The notes: a model not told the origin generated them from the sequence alone. Positions 23,540 to 36,064 are shown, counted from the whole stretch's first letter. The stretch is 56,437 nucleotides of DNA, filler included, from Sphacelaria rigidula (GCA_964200075.2; 4 parts of 4 records of this genome joined end to end with filler, not necessarily neighbours in it), one strand, 5' to 3'. A program made the numbers and translations.

Positions 23540-23865
23540 AAGTAGACCTAAAGAAATGTACGTAAACAGTGGTTGGTACTCAATTTTACTTGATTTCAGA
23601 CTGAAGAAATTTTGAGAAAATTTATGATTTGGGGCAGGTGAGCAGTGGTGAGCAGTAGGCTCAGCTTGTCGAGAACGTGTTTTGGTCCGAAATAGGCTCA
23701 AAAGGCGGTCGATTTGAGCTCTGGCTACGCGCCCTTTGCTTAAGAAACACTTTGCACCCCCCTTGCCCGAGGGTTCTCGGTATGCCATGGTCGACGTTAG
23801 GGTAAGGGTTGGCGGCATCTCCATAGTACCAACCATTGTTTGCGTACATATCTTTAGGCTCCCTC
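23540..23865. mobile_element. MITE with subterminal IRs, 8-bp TSD and internal TTAGGG-like tract, copy 1
   Basis: IR pair CCTAAAGAAATGTACGTAAACAGTGGTTGGTACT / AGTACCAACCATTGTTTGCGTACATATCTTTAGG. TSD ACTGTGAT at 23532-23539 and 23866-23873. Homologous to 54683-55008. Confidence 0.85.
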
Positions 23866-24324
23866 ACTGTGATTCTTGCAGATAACATGCGCTTTGCCTG
23901 AATCTTCGCAACCTCGACCCTTCCGGAGAAGTGCTTTCACGCCAGGAGCATTTTTCTGGTGTTGCGGAACCGCCGTACGTAAAAGATGCTTCCATCAGCG
24001 GCTGAAAAACTCAGCAAGACGAAATAACCAGTGTACCATTGCTTTCAATGGGACACGGTCTACGCCGCCTTTATCTCTGGTCAGTATCCTTCAGTGAGAA
24101 GTTGCCGTGTCTTTCTAACACGGGACGAGCGATCGGCAATGTCCGCGCATAGAGCAAGAGTGTCCGTTGTTCTCTCGTGCTCCAACAGCTAAGTGGTCAC
24201 TGCAGGAATTCTAAAAAATCGCTCGACCGCCGAGAGGGTTGTGCCGGGTGATCTTTGGGGGAACATCATGGATTGGTCGACAAACCGAACTTATCAAAAC
24301 GATGACCGACACTTTCTACGATAC

Positions 24325-24555
24325 CCCCCCCCCCCCCATCCCCCATGATTGCCTGATTCGGGAAGGCAAAATCTTCACATAAATCTAAATGGAAAAAGCA
24401 GCTGGGAATTCTCACGCTTGGGTTCGTTTTCACCAGTGTCGCCTATATGAGGCGCTTCATGCAGCCTGAAACCAAACATCACGCGCTCTATGACCAATTG
24501 TTTTGTGACACTTTGCGCTGTTTTTTTGGGGGGGGGCTACCGTAGAAAGTGTCTA
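24325..24555 (+). repeat. Dispersed repeat family B
   Basis: Close match to 42425-42660. Confidence 0.75.
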
Positions 24556-25818
24556 CTCAGCTACTTTTAGCCATGTAACCCAACCAAGAAATCTTCTCGT
24601 TACACACATGGTTGATCTAGGAAGCTCCCCCTGACAATCAGGGAATCCGCGTGCCACTTAATGAGGATCCCATGGAACCCCCTGAACCGCGAGTCATGAA
24701 TAATGTTCCGAGACCAAGCTGGCGGTTGAAGGGTTGAGTAATTCGGGTCGGAGATGTCACGGGGCGGGGGAAAACGTTATTCAGACCGGTTTCTACTCCC
24801 TACTTTTCTTTTCCATTTTAGGGCTGGAAGACAACCTATTCCATGTCTTTGATGAAACAGCTTAGTACATATCGTGTCAAAAAAGTAGGTCGTTTCTGCC
24901 ATCCCAATCGGGCAACATACATTAAAGTTAAGCCAATCTCTGAAATATCGACCATTGACAATGAAAACGGTAACGGGATCAATACTCATGGATGTCCATC
25001 TATCGTAACGTGCTGACTTCACCGGATGTTCTGGGATCAGAGCATAGGGCGTATGGTAATGGTGATCCCGGCTGTGGGGGCGTTCATGATTCTAATGAGC
25101 ACGTCCACTAAACAGTCTGCCGCTGAGGTCAACGCTACCCGAAACTCCGGACCCGGAAGACAACCGCATGGCCTGATTAGAATCAATATAGTTGTGTTCG
25201 GGGATTATCGTCGTGAGTGGGCTTTCTGATCACCACAATTAGTCGCGTGGTTTATATCTAGTGACTGCAGGCAGAGTGAAGGATTACCACCGCGAACCTG
25301 TGGGTAGTGCGGGTAACAAGAGTTTTGATAGACCACCCTCTACCCAGCGATTGGTCCGATTATAGGCCATCGCGAATGGATGGTGCTTGAGGAGAGCCCT
25401 TGGATGCGAATGAATGCCTTGAGCTGTACCTTGACTCCTCGCATTGCTTCCCTAACTTTTTCACAGAGCGTCTTTGCGACGACCACTTACTTGGTGGTGC
25501 TAACGTTAGGAAACCTGAGCTCTTTTGGGATAGAATCAACCCGACACCATTCGGATACGAGTCTTGAAGGACCTCACCCTAAAGCACAGCCGGTACGGGG
25601 ACTACTGTCTACTTTTGAATAGTGTGGACGAACGTACCACGGGAATAGGGAACGTCAGAAGAAGCAAGATGAACGTGATCCGCCACTCTTGCTGATTTTG
25701 CAAGTGCACCGTCCGCTGAACTAATTTTGCTCTTCGCGTCTCTGGTGCTCCGAACGTCATATTTGTTGCGACGCAAGCGTCAACTCGGCTGGGGTCACGC
25801 TTGTCTTCGGCCTTGCAG

Positions 25819-25949
25819 CGATTCGGGGTGGACACACGCCCTTATGGGAAAGCGGCATGTTCCATGTATTCTTTTCGGTCTGCATTCCTGTCGGTGTTTT
25901 CGCGGCCACGCAGTTGGTGGACATGTGGGTGGAGTCTTTGCCGTCGCAG
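25819..25949 (+). CDS. 7TM-like gene, internal exon (probable TM3)
   Basis: ttgcag|CG ATT... reads IRGGHTPLWESGMFHVFFSVCIPVGVFAATQLVDMWVESLPSQ and ends at the phase-0 donor CAG|GTGAAG. This frame is not in the supplied ORF track. Confidence 0.6.
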
Positions 25950-26718
25950 GTGAAGACTCTCTCGGAACAGGAAAAAAAAATGGTGGAGCTTTTATTCAGA
26001 AACAACTGTTGATGAAAAATTCGATCGGCTCCACGAAGAGATGCATGATGGGATCGTTTCTTTTTTCTCGTAATGGCTTCAGGCGAGAGAGAGCTTCTCC
26101 AACCACAGTATTGATTTCGCGATACCTTGTCCCGGGAAGATCAAGTGGAACTTTATCACCGGACCGCTCGCTGGTCTTGCATTATTACGGGGGGACATTG
26201 TTATAAATAGTAGGAATATTGCAAAAGTAGTATGCAGAATTGAAGGAATGCCAACAGAAAAAATTCGCAAAGCGGGCCATAATTTCTTGTGTGCATTTTT
26301 ATTCTTCATTTTTGACCCTGGCCATGGACTCCGGGGGCCTTGCGAATCATCCGAGCTATCGTTCGTTGAGATCGACGTAAAAACGCTGGAGTTACGAGCG
26401 TTCATGCATCCACTCATACTAACAATGTTCCTCCGTAATAGATTGATATATATCTTTGGAGTGTCGTGCATTATCTGGCCCCGTAGGAGTCCTGTTGTCG
26501 TCACTACATATAGAGATTCAAGAAAGGAAACCAGTCGCTAGAGGAAACTCGAGAAAAATGTTCAATGTTCGACAACTTTGCCAATGCTCAAGCCAATGTT
26601 TGGACGCCGCCAAAGGACCCATACGGCTATATCCACACCTACATGACGTGCTTGATACACGCTTTGCTATCCCGAACGATTTGTCCGCGCCTTATCCCGT
26701 ACCGCGCCGTACCAAAAG

Positions 26719-26904
26719 TTGCTGCTTCCGGGTAGCCTGTTGGACAGGGTAAACCATTGCGCGGACGAACACGGCGCGTTCATCTGGATGGGGTTTGCAA
26801 ATATGATGGTCACGATGGTCATGGCCGTGCTTTCAGAGGTGTTCGGCCGTGACGTGATCATACATACCGCGGTCACATTCGGCGTGACGTGTAATTTTGC
26901 CATG
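26719..26904 (+). CDS. 7TM-like gene, internal exon (probable TM4 and start of TM5)
   Basis: Phase-0 acceptor aaag|TTG. Reads LLLPGSLLDRVNHCADEHGAFIWMGFANMMVTMVMAVLSEVFGRDVIIHTAVTFGVTCNFAM. Donor ATG|GTGAGA. Confidence 0.65.
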
Positions 26905-27261
26905 GTGAGAATAAGTTGAAGCGGTTGGTTGCGCCTGGGCGAGGTCTCGGCCAAGGCACGTACATGCTTGTCTGTAAACTGCTTGTAGTACATGTACCAG
27001 GTGGTAGGGACGCGCTTCTCTGATCGATACAGCGCTCTAGTCGCGTGACTTGGCCCCATATCGCTCCTGAAGTGAGCGCTGTACATTATGAGCAAAACAC
27101 TCGTTGATGGGAGACAAACACAATGGTCTCTCTTTTCGGCAGGCAAGTCGAGGTTTACATATATACGTGAAGATTTCAAGCGTTGCTGTTTTCAGGCTGT
27201 TGCAACTTCTCCTCAGGACAACGCCATTGTTCCTTGACATGCTATTGCTGCTTTTTGACAG

Positions 27262-27308
27262 GCCATCTCAAGCTTAACCTGTTTGGGACGTATGATTGAC
27301 AATGCCAG
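27262..27308 (+). CDS. 7TM-like gene, internal exon (end of probable TM5)
   Basis: Phase-0 acceptor tttttgacag|GCC. Reads AISSLTCLGRMIDNAR. The phase-2 donor is at 27309 or alternatively 27330. Confidence 0.5.
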
Positions 27309-27689
27309 GTTACGAGCTTCTTTGCGATCGTGAGACAGGTCACAAACGCCATTAATAGGGCCGCTGCAAAGGTGACGATTGCCGTCTTGTGGGCCTGAGA
27401 AAAAAACGCCCTGTCCATCAAGCAGCTACTTATACATAATCCGAGTTCATTAGGCTGGACTCACGAGTCGCCATCTCTCGAATCTCGTTCGATCTTGGCA
27501 AGCAAAATGTGTTGTTCATCGCATCGTATCTCTCAAGCGGGGACATCTTTTGACGATTCGGACGAACCATTGCCGGTTCAGACCACTAAAAATACGGTTT
27601 CTCAGGCGTGGTTGCTCGAAAGAGAGAAAAACGTAGTCCGCTGGTCAAAAAGGTCTCCACGTAATTGTTTTCGCCATTCCACGTCCCAG

Positions 27690-27783
27690 GGCCGCGCGTA
27701 CCCGGGTTGCAACTCTGAAAACGAAGCTCAAGGATGGATTCGCACGGTATGATTCAATCACACTAAAATCAAGTGATTTCCAG
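27690..27783 (+). CDS. 7TM-like gene, internal exon (basic cytoplasmic loop)
   Basis: Phase-2 acceptor cccag|G. Reads AARTRVATLKTKLKDGFARYDSITLKSSDFQ. Consensus donor CAG|GTGAGT. Confidence 0.55.
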
Positions 27784-27886
27784 GTGAGTCATTAATTCGT
27801 CCAACGCTTACATCCTCTGCGCGAATCGCGCTTGTTGCGCTCAGCAAGACATCGTATCCTTTGCCGACGCTCGACTTGTTTCACAG

Positions 27887-28039
27887 ACTCCACAAGCCTG
27901 GCACGGAAGAGCGAAGAGAACGCTTCGGAAACAAGCAACAATCTTGGGAGTTCTGGGTATCCTCTATTCGGTCGCTGGGGCCTGTCTATCCCTATTGCCG
28001 GCTGGACGGCGGACCCCAATATTTCCCTTTTCAGTGCTT
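27887..28039 (+). CDS. 7TM-like gene, internal exon (probable TM6); gene truncated by the contig end
   Basis: Phase-0 acceptor tttcacag|ACT. Reads TPQAWHGRAKRTLRKQATILGVLGILYSVAGACLSLLPAGRRTPIFPFSVL. Donor GTAAGT at 28040. Confidence 0.6.
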
Positions 28040-28171
28040 GTAAGTACCATGCCACTCTGGACACTTTCTACGCTTGTCACCCCCCTCGCAAAAGTGGTTA
28101 ACCTGGTCCGGCGAGAACCCGGCGTGCTCCGTCCCGGCTTTGTAGGGGCGGACCACCGATGGGGTTGGCGT

Positions 28172-28271
28172 NNNNNNNNNNNNNNNNNNNNNNNNNNNNN
28201 NNNNNNNNNNNNNNNTTAATTAATTAANNNNNNNNNNNNNNNNNNNNNNNNNNNNNNNNNNNNNNNNNNNN
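28172..28271. other. Artificial contig spacer
   Basis: N44-TTAATTAATTAA-N44. Confidence 0.98.
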
Positions 28272-28350
28272 GTGGTCAATGGTCAAACGCCTAAGGCAAG
28301 CAACAAATGAGTACGCCCCCCTCCCCCCCCCCTATCGTAGGATGACTTAC
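28272..28350 (+). repeat. Dispersed repeat family A at contig start
   Basis: Matches the reverse complement of 17010-17092, and positions 1-57. Confidence 0.7.
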
Positions 28351-29630
28351 ATGCCGAACGCACCACCGTTTTTGGTTACTGAATTCTTTTCATTTCTTGA
28401 TCGTGTCGCCCAGCGATGTGATCAGCACAAGAAGGCGGGCTGGTTTTTTATTACCGAGAGAATCCTGGGACGAAAAACGTCAGGGTCGTACACCAATGTC
28501 ATCGCCGTCCAATTTGCTACTCGTATCTTCTGGTCTACAACAAAAAGGGCAGGGCCGTGTTTAACTTGCGTGCGCTGAATGTCTCACTTACTTATTGCAA
28601 AAAAACAAATACACGAGGAGACCCTCGGACCACTTTGCATGGGAGCGAGAACGTTTTTTGCTCAAAAGCGTAATTTGCGATGTGTCCCTAGGGTTTGTAC
28701 GCATTGTCATTATCCAGGGGGTGTTCCTGTACAGGACGATGTTTATTTGCCAGCGCCGCAGCCGCCCGCCTGCTCATGATTCAGAAGTCAGTGCATAAGT
28801 GTTTCCAGATTTTGTGTCGAGGGTCGGTGCACGACGTTCATCCCGCGGGGAAGTTTTGTGGAGGGCGTATCGCCCATATTTCCATGAAATCTGTAACCAC
28901 AGTGCTATTTCCTGTGCGCTGACGACACGCGCCGTCGATTGATGCACATGCTGCCTGTCTCATGTCCGACTATGTAGTGTGCCAAAATTCACGGTCGGTT
29001 GTTTTTCTGCGCGGGAGAACTCCACCATTACAACAAGGTTGCCGTGAAAAGTAGCAATGACTGCCAACCTTATACGGAGACTTTCGCACGCGGCCAAGAA
29101 CAAACCATTTGTTTTTTCTTGTTATTTTGGCCCAGAGTTGTCTCTCTTTTCCTTCTCTTCTCACTGTCCTTTCCCCCTCTTGTGATTTTTTGCCCATTAT
29201 TACGTGCTACATCAGCATGTGCTGCTCATGTTGTGCTCCCTCAGAGCCTGTGGTGGGTAAGAGCTCCCGCCCGAGTAGTGTAGTCCATGGATAGCTGGAT
29301 CTCAACGTGCTTTCACGACGCTGCTCCGTTTCGGTTTGTTTTGTTTTGGTGAGGCCTGCTGGCCCGAAGCCGTGCGGCAAGAACTTGCCGTATCACTTGT
29401 TTTTTTTCGAGACTGGTACACTACAACCCTACATCTAGCCTGATGTTCTCCTCGATATATCATAGGAACGTATATATATATATATATGTGTGTGTATATG
29501 CTATTTTCCCTCGATTTCCCTTGATTTCACGAGGGACACTCGAACGCCTCCTCAAGCGTAAAACTCAACATCATGAACTCAAACTTCATACGAGCTGAGC
29601 CAGCCTAAAAGCAAATTTATGGTTTGCAGA

Positions 29631-29904
29631 CCCATTCGTCAGCCAATATTTAGAGTTGGACCCTAAAATATGGTATGGACAATAATGAATAGGGCACAAT
29701 TAAAAAAAACTACCTCTACAAACAGTTTTTTTCCCCCATGAGTCAAGGGCATTTTACTGATACCTGAAAACTGATTATTGCCCCTAACTCATGAAGAAAC
29801 AAGAAAAAATCTCTGTGTGTGCAGAGTTATTATTATTATTATACCCCGTTCATTTTTCGTACCAAACTTTAGGGTCCGACTCCAAATATTGTTCGACGAA
29901 TGGG
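29631..29904. mobile_element. Palindromic MITE
   Basis: Outer IR CCCATTCGTC..AATATTTAGAGTTGGACCCTAAA / TTTAGGGTCCGACTCCAAATATT..GACGAATGGG, plus inner IR CATGAGT..GGGCA / TGCCC..ACTCATG. Confidence 0.75.
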
Positions 29905-30057
29905 CCCCTTAGTAACCGGGTCGGTAGAAATTCTGAATAGTTTTCTGCAGGCCACTCACCGGCTCACGTTTGGTGTTTGTGTATTGAAATTTGTGTGGGA
30001 CCTCGCTGGGGTATAAAGAACAAAATCATGTAGGTCACATTGGTATTTACATATTTT

Positions 30058-30370
30058 CCACTGGTTGAGGTCGTTTTAGTATGGTAACGGCCATTTTTTA
30101 CGAGAACGCATGAACCCCCCCCCAAAAAAAAATTGAAGGCCCATTTGTTTTTTATTCAGCATACCTCTGTGGTTCTCCATCCATGCTAAGTTTCAAATCA
30201 CAATCCTAAAAAGGTTCAACAGTGTTCATTTCTCCTCAAAACTCCCCTGAAAAAAAAGAAAAGAAGAAAAATTAAAGAAATGAAGAACACTTTTTTTGAA
30301 TTGTATTATTATGCGCTAGCGGTTCTCCATACGAAATTTCATAGCACAACTTAACTCTCGAAAACTGAGA
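30058..30370 (+). repeat. Dispersed repeat family C with internal duplication
   Basis: Similar to 42687-42850 (GTTGAGG.CGT...ACGAGAACGC...TTCTCCATCCAT...CACAAT). Confidence 0.55.
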
Positions 30371-31356
30371 CCCGATGTCCAGATTTGGGGCAGCTAGTGT
30401 CTCCGCTCATGTACGCCATATGTCGAGATAGATTACGAATTAGCTGAAGGGAAGGGTACCTATCTTCTCCCCGTGCTCCAGGGAATGTTCACACCAAAAT
30501 TCGTCGTCATCCGCTGAATTTATCGTTGGGGGTTTCATATAGATTTTAGTATGATAGTTGTTATCTCCGTGTGTTGAAGGAATTATACTACACATGGGGT
30601 TTAATCAACGAGAAAATGTTAGCCCAGACTTTTGAGCAGATGGGCGCCTTCCCTTCGATCAGACGATTAGTACGATAGATGTTATGCGGATCACGGCCCA
30701 ACTCATCTTATTGTCGATGCCTTGAGAGCTCAATCCGTTTCAAGGCTGGCCCGCTAGCTCGTACGATTTGTAAGTTTCCGGACGAAAGCCACCCATTATA
30801 CATACCACCTATCTATAGTCTTGGTATATATACTGCTTTTTTTCTGGCGTTGTTCATATTTTCAACGTGAAGAGTGCGGGCACACCTTGGGCAGACCCGA
30901 AAATCAGCACTGCCGCTGCTTGTTTCATGCCGGGTGGGGTCCGCACAGCCCCCCCTCTATTACTACTATGAGATACATACTCGTACTGTCCTTACTGTAC
31001 ATACGGCGAACTGGGCCAGCTGATGACGTGATTTTTTAATAGCATATCCAGGCCCGACTGTGGGTAATTCGAGAAGTTGGGCGCTGAATTTTGACACGGC
31101 ATTTTTATCATCAATACTCAACCTTCTGGGGGATGCAACGGAAAAAAGAAGAGAAAAACAGAAAGTTTGAGCGATTTGAAGTTTCTGCAAAAAAAACTGG
31201 AAAAATACTACAACTCCGTGAAAATAAGGAAATACGTCGACATTCCTTGGGTTGTTGTGCATACTTGTGTGCCGGAGATCCTGGTGCAATTTCGGCCAAA
31301 AATACGTCGAATAGGGCCCAGCAGGGCACTATTTGCGACACCGGTGTGCTCGTCTA

Positions 31357-31550
31357 ATCCAAGTGATTCAGAGGAGACTCTGGTTATGGAGGTCACGAAT
31401 GAGTTCGAATCTCGACGGATTCTTTTTTTTTTGTTCCGTCGGTGAGGGCATACATTACGTGGTACATTTTTTTTCATTTTTTTCCTCAATCAACGGCGGT
31501 GTCGTACGTCACCAGGTTTGTCTGCAGATCACACCGATATATACTCAAGT
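31357..31550 (+). repeat. Dispersed repeat family D
   Basis: Reverse complement of about 47900-48085. The core CCAGGTT.GTCT.CA..TCACA.CGATATA also occurs near 45930 and 47378. Confidence 0.6.
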
Positions 31551-31899
31551 GGGGCTGATTTGGTAAACTTGATAAGTTGTAGTGTGACATGCAAATAATG
31601 CAGGATTTCCTGCTAGCGCAGCTCGTGATATTTGTACTGCAGACATCCTTATTATTACTGTAGTATGCTGAATGAATGTAGACACGATTTTGCCGTTATT
31701 TTTCGATATCACACGGTATGTATGATGACATGCGTGGAATATGGACGTGGGCCCCAACCGGTTGTGAATGTGAAACATAATACACCCTTTTCCCTTTCCA
31801 CAGACGGAGATAAAAGTGCATCGAAAATTTACAATAACAACAGTACTAGTACACCTGTCAGTAACCCTTCACCACACGGCTGGGTGGGTCATGCGCCAG

Positions 31900-32001
31900 C
31901 CCTTGGACGGCGGTGCGGGTAATCCATCTAGATCATGCATACTTTTTTCAAATGAATATTGATGCCGAATCAGTTAGTTACCTACCCTCGCGGTCAAGCG
32001 G
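31900..32001. mobile_element. piggyBac-type MITE of about 100 bp
   Basis: CCCTT... start, degenerate right end followed by TTAA. The internal ATCTAGATCATGCATACTTTT...TTGATGCCGA is shared with other copies. Confidence 0.7.
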
Positions 32002-32406
32002 TTAATCGGCAGCATCGTTTTCACTCGGAGAATGAATGAAAACAAGATTGCGCCCATCCTGGCGGTGAAACGACCAAGAACGGCCCTATCGGGGGGGATG
32101 GCACGCAGTGAGTGAGTGCACGTTGTTTCCTCTCGTTTTTGGAGTCGTTGAGAAAAAAGGTGGTGAACAGGTAGGTGCGAATGAAGTATCATGTATGTGG
32201 CGACAGACATAAGTTTTGCGCAAAAATTCGGAGTCAGCAGCGTTTTACCATTTGACCCCATCATAGCCATCACGAACAACAGATGGAGTGTGGAGCCTTG
32301 GAGCCGCCAGAAGATCGATGATGATGCGTTTCAAACTTCCCAATTACCCAGTTACCCATCAATGATGAGTATATTTATCCCGACCAAACTGTCAATAACT
32401 GTTGAA

Positions 32407-32510
32407 CCTTTGACCGCGAGCATGGATCATATGTTTAACCGGCTTCAAGTTCTCTTGAATAAATAAAGTGTGTATGACCCAGATGGACTACCCTCCTCGC
32501 GGCCCAAGGG
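32407..32510. mobile_element. piggyBac-type MITE of about 100 bp
   Basis: CCTTTGACCGCGAG ... CTCGCGGCCCAAGGG, with TTGAA on both sides. Confidence 0.65.
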
Positions 32511-34032
32511 TTGAACCTCTTAGGACCGGACTCCCACCAACCATGACGGGTCTGGACCGCGCCTGGTCTACGCGCAGGGTCCTCCACTCATGCATCGATC
32601 ATCTTTAGTCTTCTTCTTCAAGTGAAAATAAATGATTTCAATTCACGATGGGCCCTCATCACCCCCTGTCAGTCATTCCAGTCTCAAACATTCTCGATTT
32701 TAATCCTTCCCCTACCATATGCGCAGGCTTCATCACCACCCACCACCCGCCTCTTCAAGGCTTATTTCCACATTGTCCCGCAGCAAGCGGATCGCTTTGC
32801 GTTGGTGATCACACCGCAAATAAATCGGAAATTGACACAGTCGGCGCCCAAGAAAGAGAGGGAACGACGTGATAATATTTAGTACTACTACAGTGTGTGG
32901 GTCATGGGTATATTATTGATTCGACGAGCACATCATATACAATGAGAAGTATCTCACACTCGAGCTTCGCGACATATATCCAGCGGCGAGCAAAATACGG
33001 CACCCTAAACTCCGCGGATATTGACCACAAGATAAAATACATATCCAACAGAACCTGAAACATGACATTTTCATCACATTTCACTTTTCCTTACTTTTTC
33101 CGTGTCCACCTTTCAGTCGACTCCGCGCCATCATCCTCACCATCATGCGATGTGTGTGGAATCGTAGACAAACATACGAAGGAGCGTAGTGATGTGTATA
33201 GTATATGGCAGAAGAGTCCAACACAAAGTGCGCACTATTACCCTAAAACTTCACAGCGAGTGTGGCGGATTGAACTACCCTGCGCTCTACGGTGTGCCTC
33301 CATGTATGGGTTGAACATTGTCGACTCCGACCATCTATTATTATTACGTTGCCTACAGTCAGCACGATGCTGTATAGCTCTCGGATTGATGCTTCCTATA
33401 TTATTTCTGGGCCATGTGTCACTGACCGTTGTTGTGACATCATACCATTCTTTCTCGCGGCGACGCTATCACTGATTCACATCGGTCATGTCCCTTAGCA
33501 TTGCGGTCGCATTTCAGAAGGATCCGATCAAAGTTTTCAACTTTGTTCCACAACTGCTGTGACAAAATTTAACAGTGGATAATGGCACTTGATCGAACGG
33601 AACTTTCGCGGAATATGATTCTTTGAATAATCTCCTGTATATATAAAAATATAATGATAACAAGAATACGGATCTTCCATGGCCCTGACACGAAGTCCCC
33701 TGGTGCGCGTGGAATTATAGTACTCAAAAATTTAAATTTGGAGAAATCCGAACGGACATTACAGGGTCCAGAGTTTTTATTCTCACATTTACTTCGATCC
33801 CAATGCGGAGTTTCACCTTGCATCATCCATCACCCACACGGAAACATTGCGCGCGGAAAGCAACGGCTGCTCTGCACCCGCCCACTCACTTCACTCTGTC
33901 TCCTCCCAGTCGCCAGACACCAGCAGCAGTACACAGGAAGAAAAGCATTGTTAGGTGTTAGCTGCCTCTTGATTTAGGTGGCGTACACATTGTATCCCAA
34001 GCCCAGCTCAGGTTCAATCTGCCCTGTACACC

Positions 34033-34195
34033 ATGAGCGAGAGTGCTGTCGCAGCAGCTGTGGGTCAGCAACGCGAGGAAAGGGAGACATCAAGCGCCTC
34101 TGCAGCTGCTGCCGCAGCGGCTCCTCCCGGGTTCAGGGCCCTAACTTTGAAAGTCACGCCCTGGAAGCGTGACAGTACCAAGTGCTACACTTGTG
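34033..34195 (+). CDS. FYVE-domain tail-anchored protein, exon 1
   Basis: ATG at 34033, reads ...PWKRDSTKCYTC (WxxD plus the first CxxC). Phase-1 donor G|GTGAGT. Confidence 0.85.
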
Positions 34196-34930
34196 GTGAG
34201 TATCATAGTACAGTAGGGAGCGTCTTTTTTCTGGGATATACGGGGTGCTTGACGCAGGTTCTGCTTGCTCCCTGTGGAGTCTGGCGGCTTTGTTCTCTGA
34301 TGTGAGTTTGGTAGATTTGCTCCGACACTGAAACTCGGGCAAGCCGACATACACAACGTAGCTTTACTGTTACCGTTCACGCTGCCCTGTTGAGGATCTG
34401 TTCCGTGCTTGCCTGACGTCCCTCGTTGTGCTTTATTCGAGCGACGCTGGTTCACCCCTCGTCGAGATACGAAAATACTACAGGACAGTACGGTAGTTGG
34501 ATGAGTTTGTTCTCGAAGATCGTGGACCCTGAAAAAAAACGGTTCACAGGCGTGACGCTGCATCCCACATATAACGAAATCGCTCCGCACATGATACACG
34601 CCATGCGATTTCTCCCTGATGCCTCGAGTTGCCGCTCTCGTGCCCGACATGCATTGGCGAATGATGGTTATTGGACTACATGTCCATGTACAGCGAAGCA
34701 AAGTCGTCCTCACTCGCCTTGACGTAAACACCCCCCGGAGACCGTTCCAACAAGTCTCTCTTGCCTCACCATCGTACGATGCAAGATTCTCGTGAAAATC
34801 CAAACGGCTTCTGTCCACACACCAAGACCGAAATTTGGGGCGCATTTGATCTTCCTTCCCTTGTTCTTGCTCGACCTGTCTTTCCCTCCCCTGCCATCCG
34901 TCCTCCGACGCCGCTCTCCGTATGAATCAG

Positions 34931-35016
34931 GCGTCAAGTTCACGTGGTTCAACCACAGGCACATGTGCAGGAACTGCCAAGAATTTGTATGCCACTCGTG
35001 TTCGCTGAGTAAGAAG
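34931..35016 (+). CDS. FYVE-domain tail-anchored protein, exon 2
   Basis: Phase-1 acceptor atcag|GC. Reads GVKFTWFNHRHMCRNCQEFVCHSCSLSKK. Phase-0 donor AAG|GTGAGG. Confidence 0.9.
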
Positions 35017-35255
35017 GTGAGGGGAGCGCTTGTTGCGTACTCTGCTAAACAGACAGTCGGGCACCTTCTGAACAGACAGTAGCGTACCGTCTGAACAGAC
35101 GGAAGCAGAAAAACACATGTCTGTATCTTCCCGCGGTTTTAGTTGAACACTGATCCATAAAAAAATCATGTACTGGACTTGGTCTGTATCTGTACAAGCC
35201 AACAATTTGCAACGTAACATTGGCACGGCGTGCAAACGTTCGGTTCAAAGCGTTA

Positions 35256-35425
35256 CGTTTCTGCACTACTGTGCAACATAACTTGCCGACGGTGCTGTGC
35301 TGTACCGTGCTGGATTACCGTGGTGTCATTGCCCGTTTTGCGTTTCTGCACTACTGTGCAACATAACTTGCCGACGGTGCTGTGCTGTACCGTGCTGGAT
35401 TACCGTGGGGTCATTGCCCGTTTTG
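35256..35425. repeat. 85-nt tandem duplication in FYVE intron 2
   Basis: Near-identical units start at 35256 and 35341. Confidence 0.9.
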
Positions 35426-36064
35426 CGGTTCCGTCCAGTACGTCTAGTTTTTATCGTCAGGGCAAGTTTTTTTCAGAAGTATTAATAGTAGTATTTCATA
35501 GCCCACCCTGGCTTCATGTACGAGTACTGTATGAGCGGAGTGAAACTTCGTCAGCGAAGAGCTGTACAAAACTTGGAATTGTCCCGTAACAACACGTGCG
35601 CCGATCTCATGGTACAAGAGTTCCCACGACTTGTACGACTAGTTGGGACAGGTGAAGGACAAGGCCCTGCTGATCAATCTATGCTGACCCTGTCTTTCAT
35701 TTCTATCACAGCAGAGTACAACACGGCTTTAAGTACGGTACTTCTTTACCCTTGGACGACGAAATCGGTGGTCCATCTGTATCACATACTTTTTTCGAGC
35801 GAAATTGATGCCGATTCATTCAGCAGGTGACCTACCGTCGCGCGGGTCGACAGGACGAGTACGCGACTCATTTCTTCGATCCATGTTTTTCACTAGCAAG
35901 AAGAAATTTGGAATTTGTGTACGTGTGCCCCATCTCCATATCGTGTGTTTTAGCCATGATGATCCTGGAGATGGATCTTGAAACAGACCTCCAGCACGGC
36001 GGCAACAAAAGCCATACACTTGTGATCGCGTCCTCCTTCTCGAACGAGTTTTGTTGACCCATGA

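Noticed and set aside
28484-28550. Candidate TM7 exon for the 7TM-like gene (SYTNVIAVQFATRIFWSTT)
   Set aside because: It lies across an artificial spacer on a different contig, and its phase does not match the donor at 28040.
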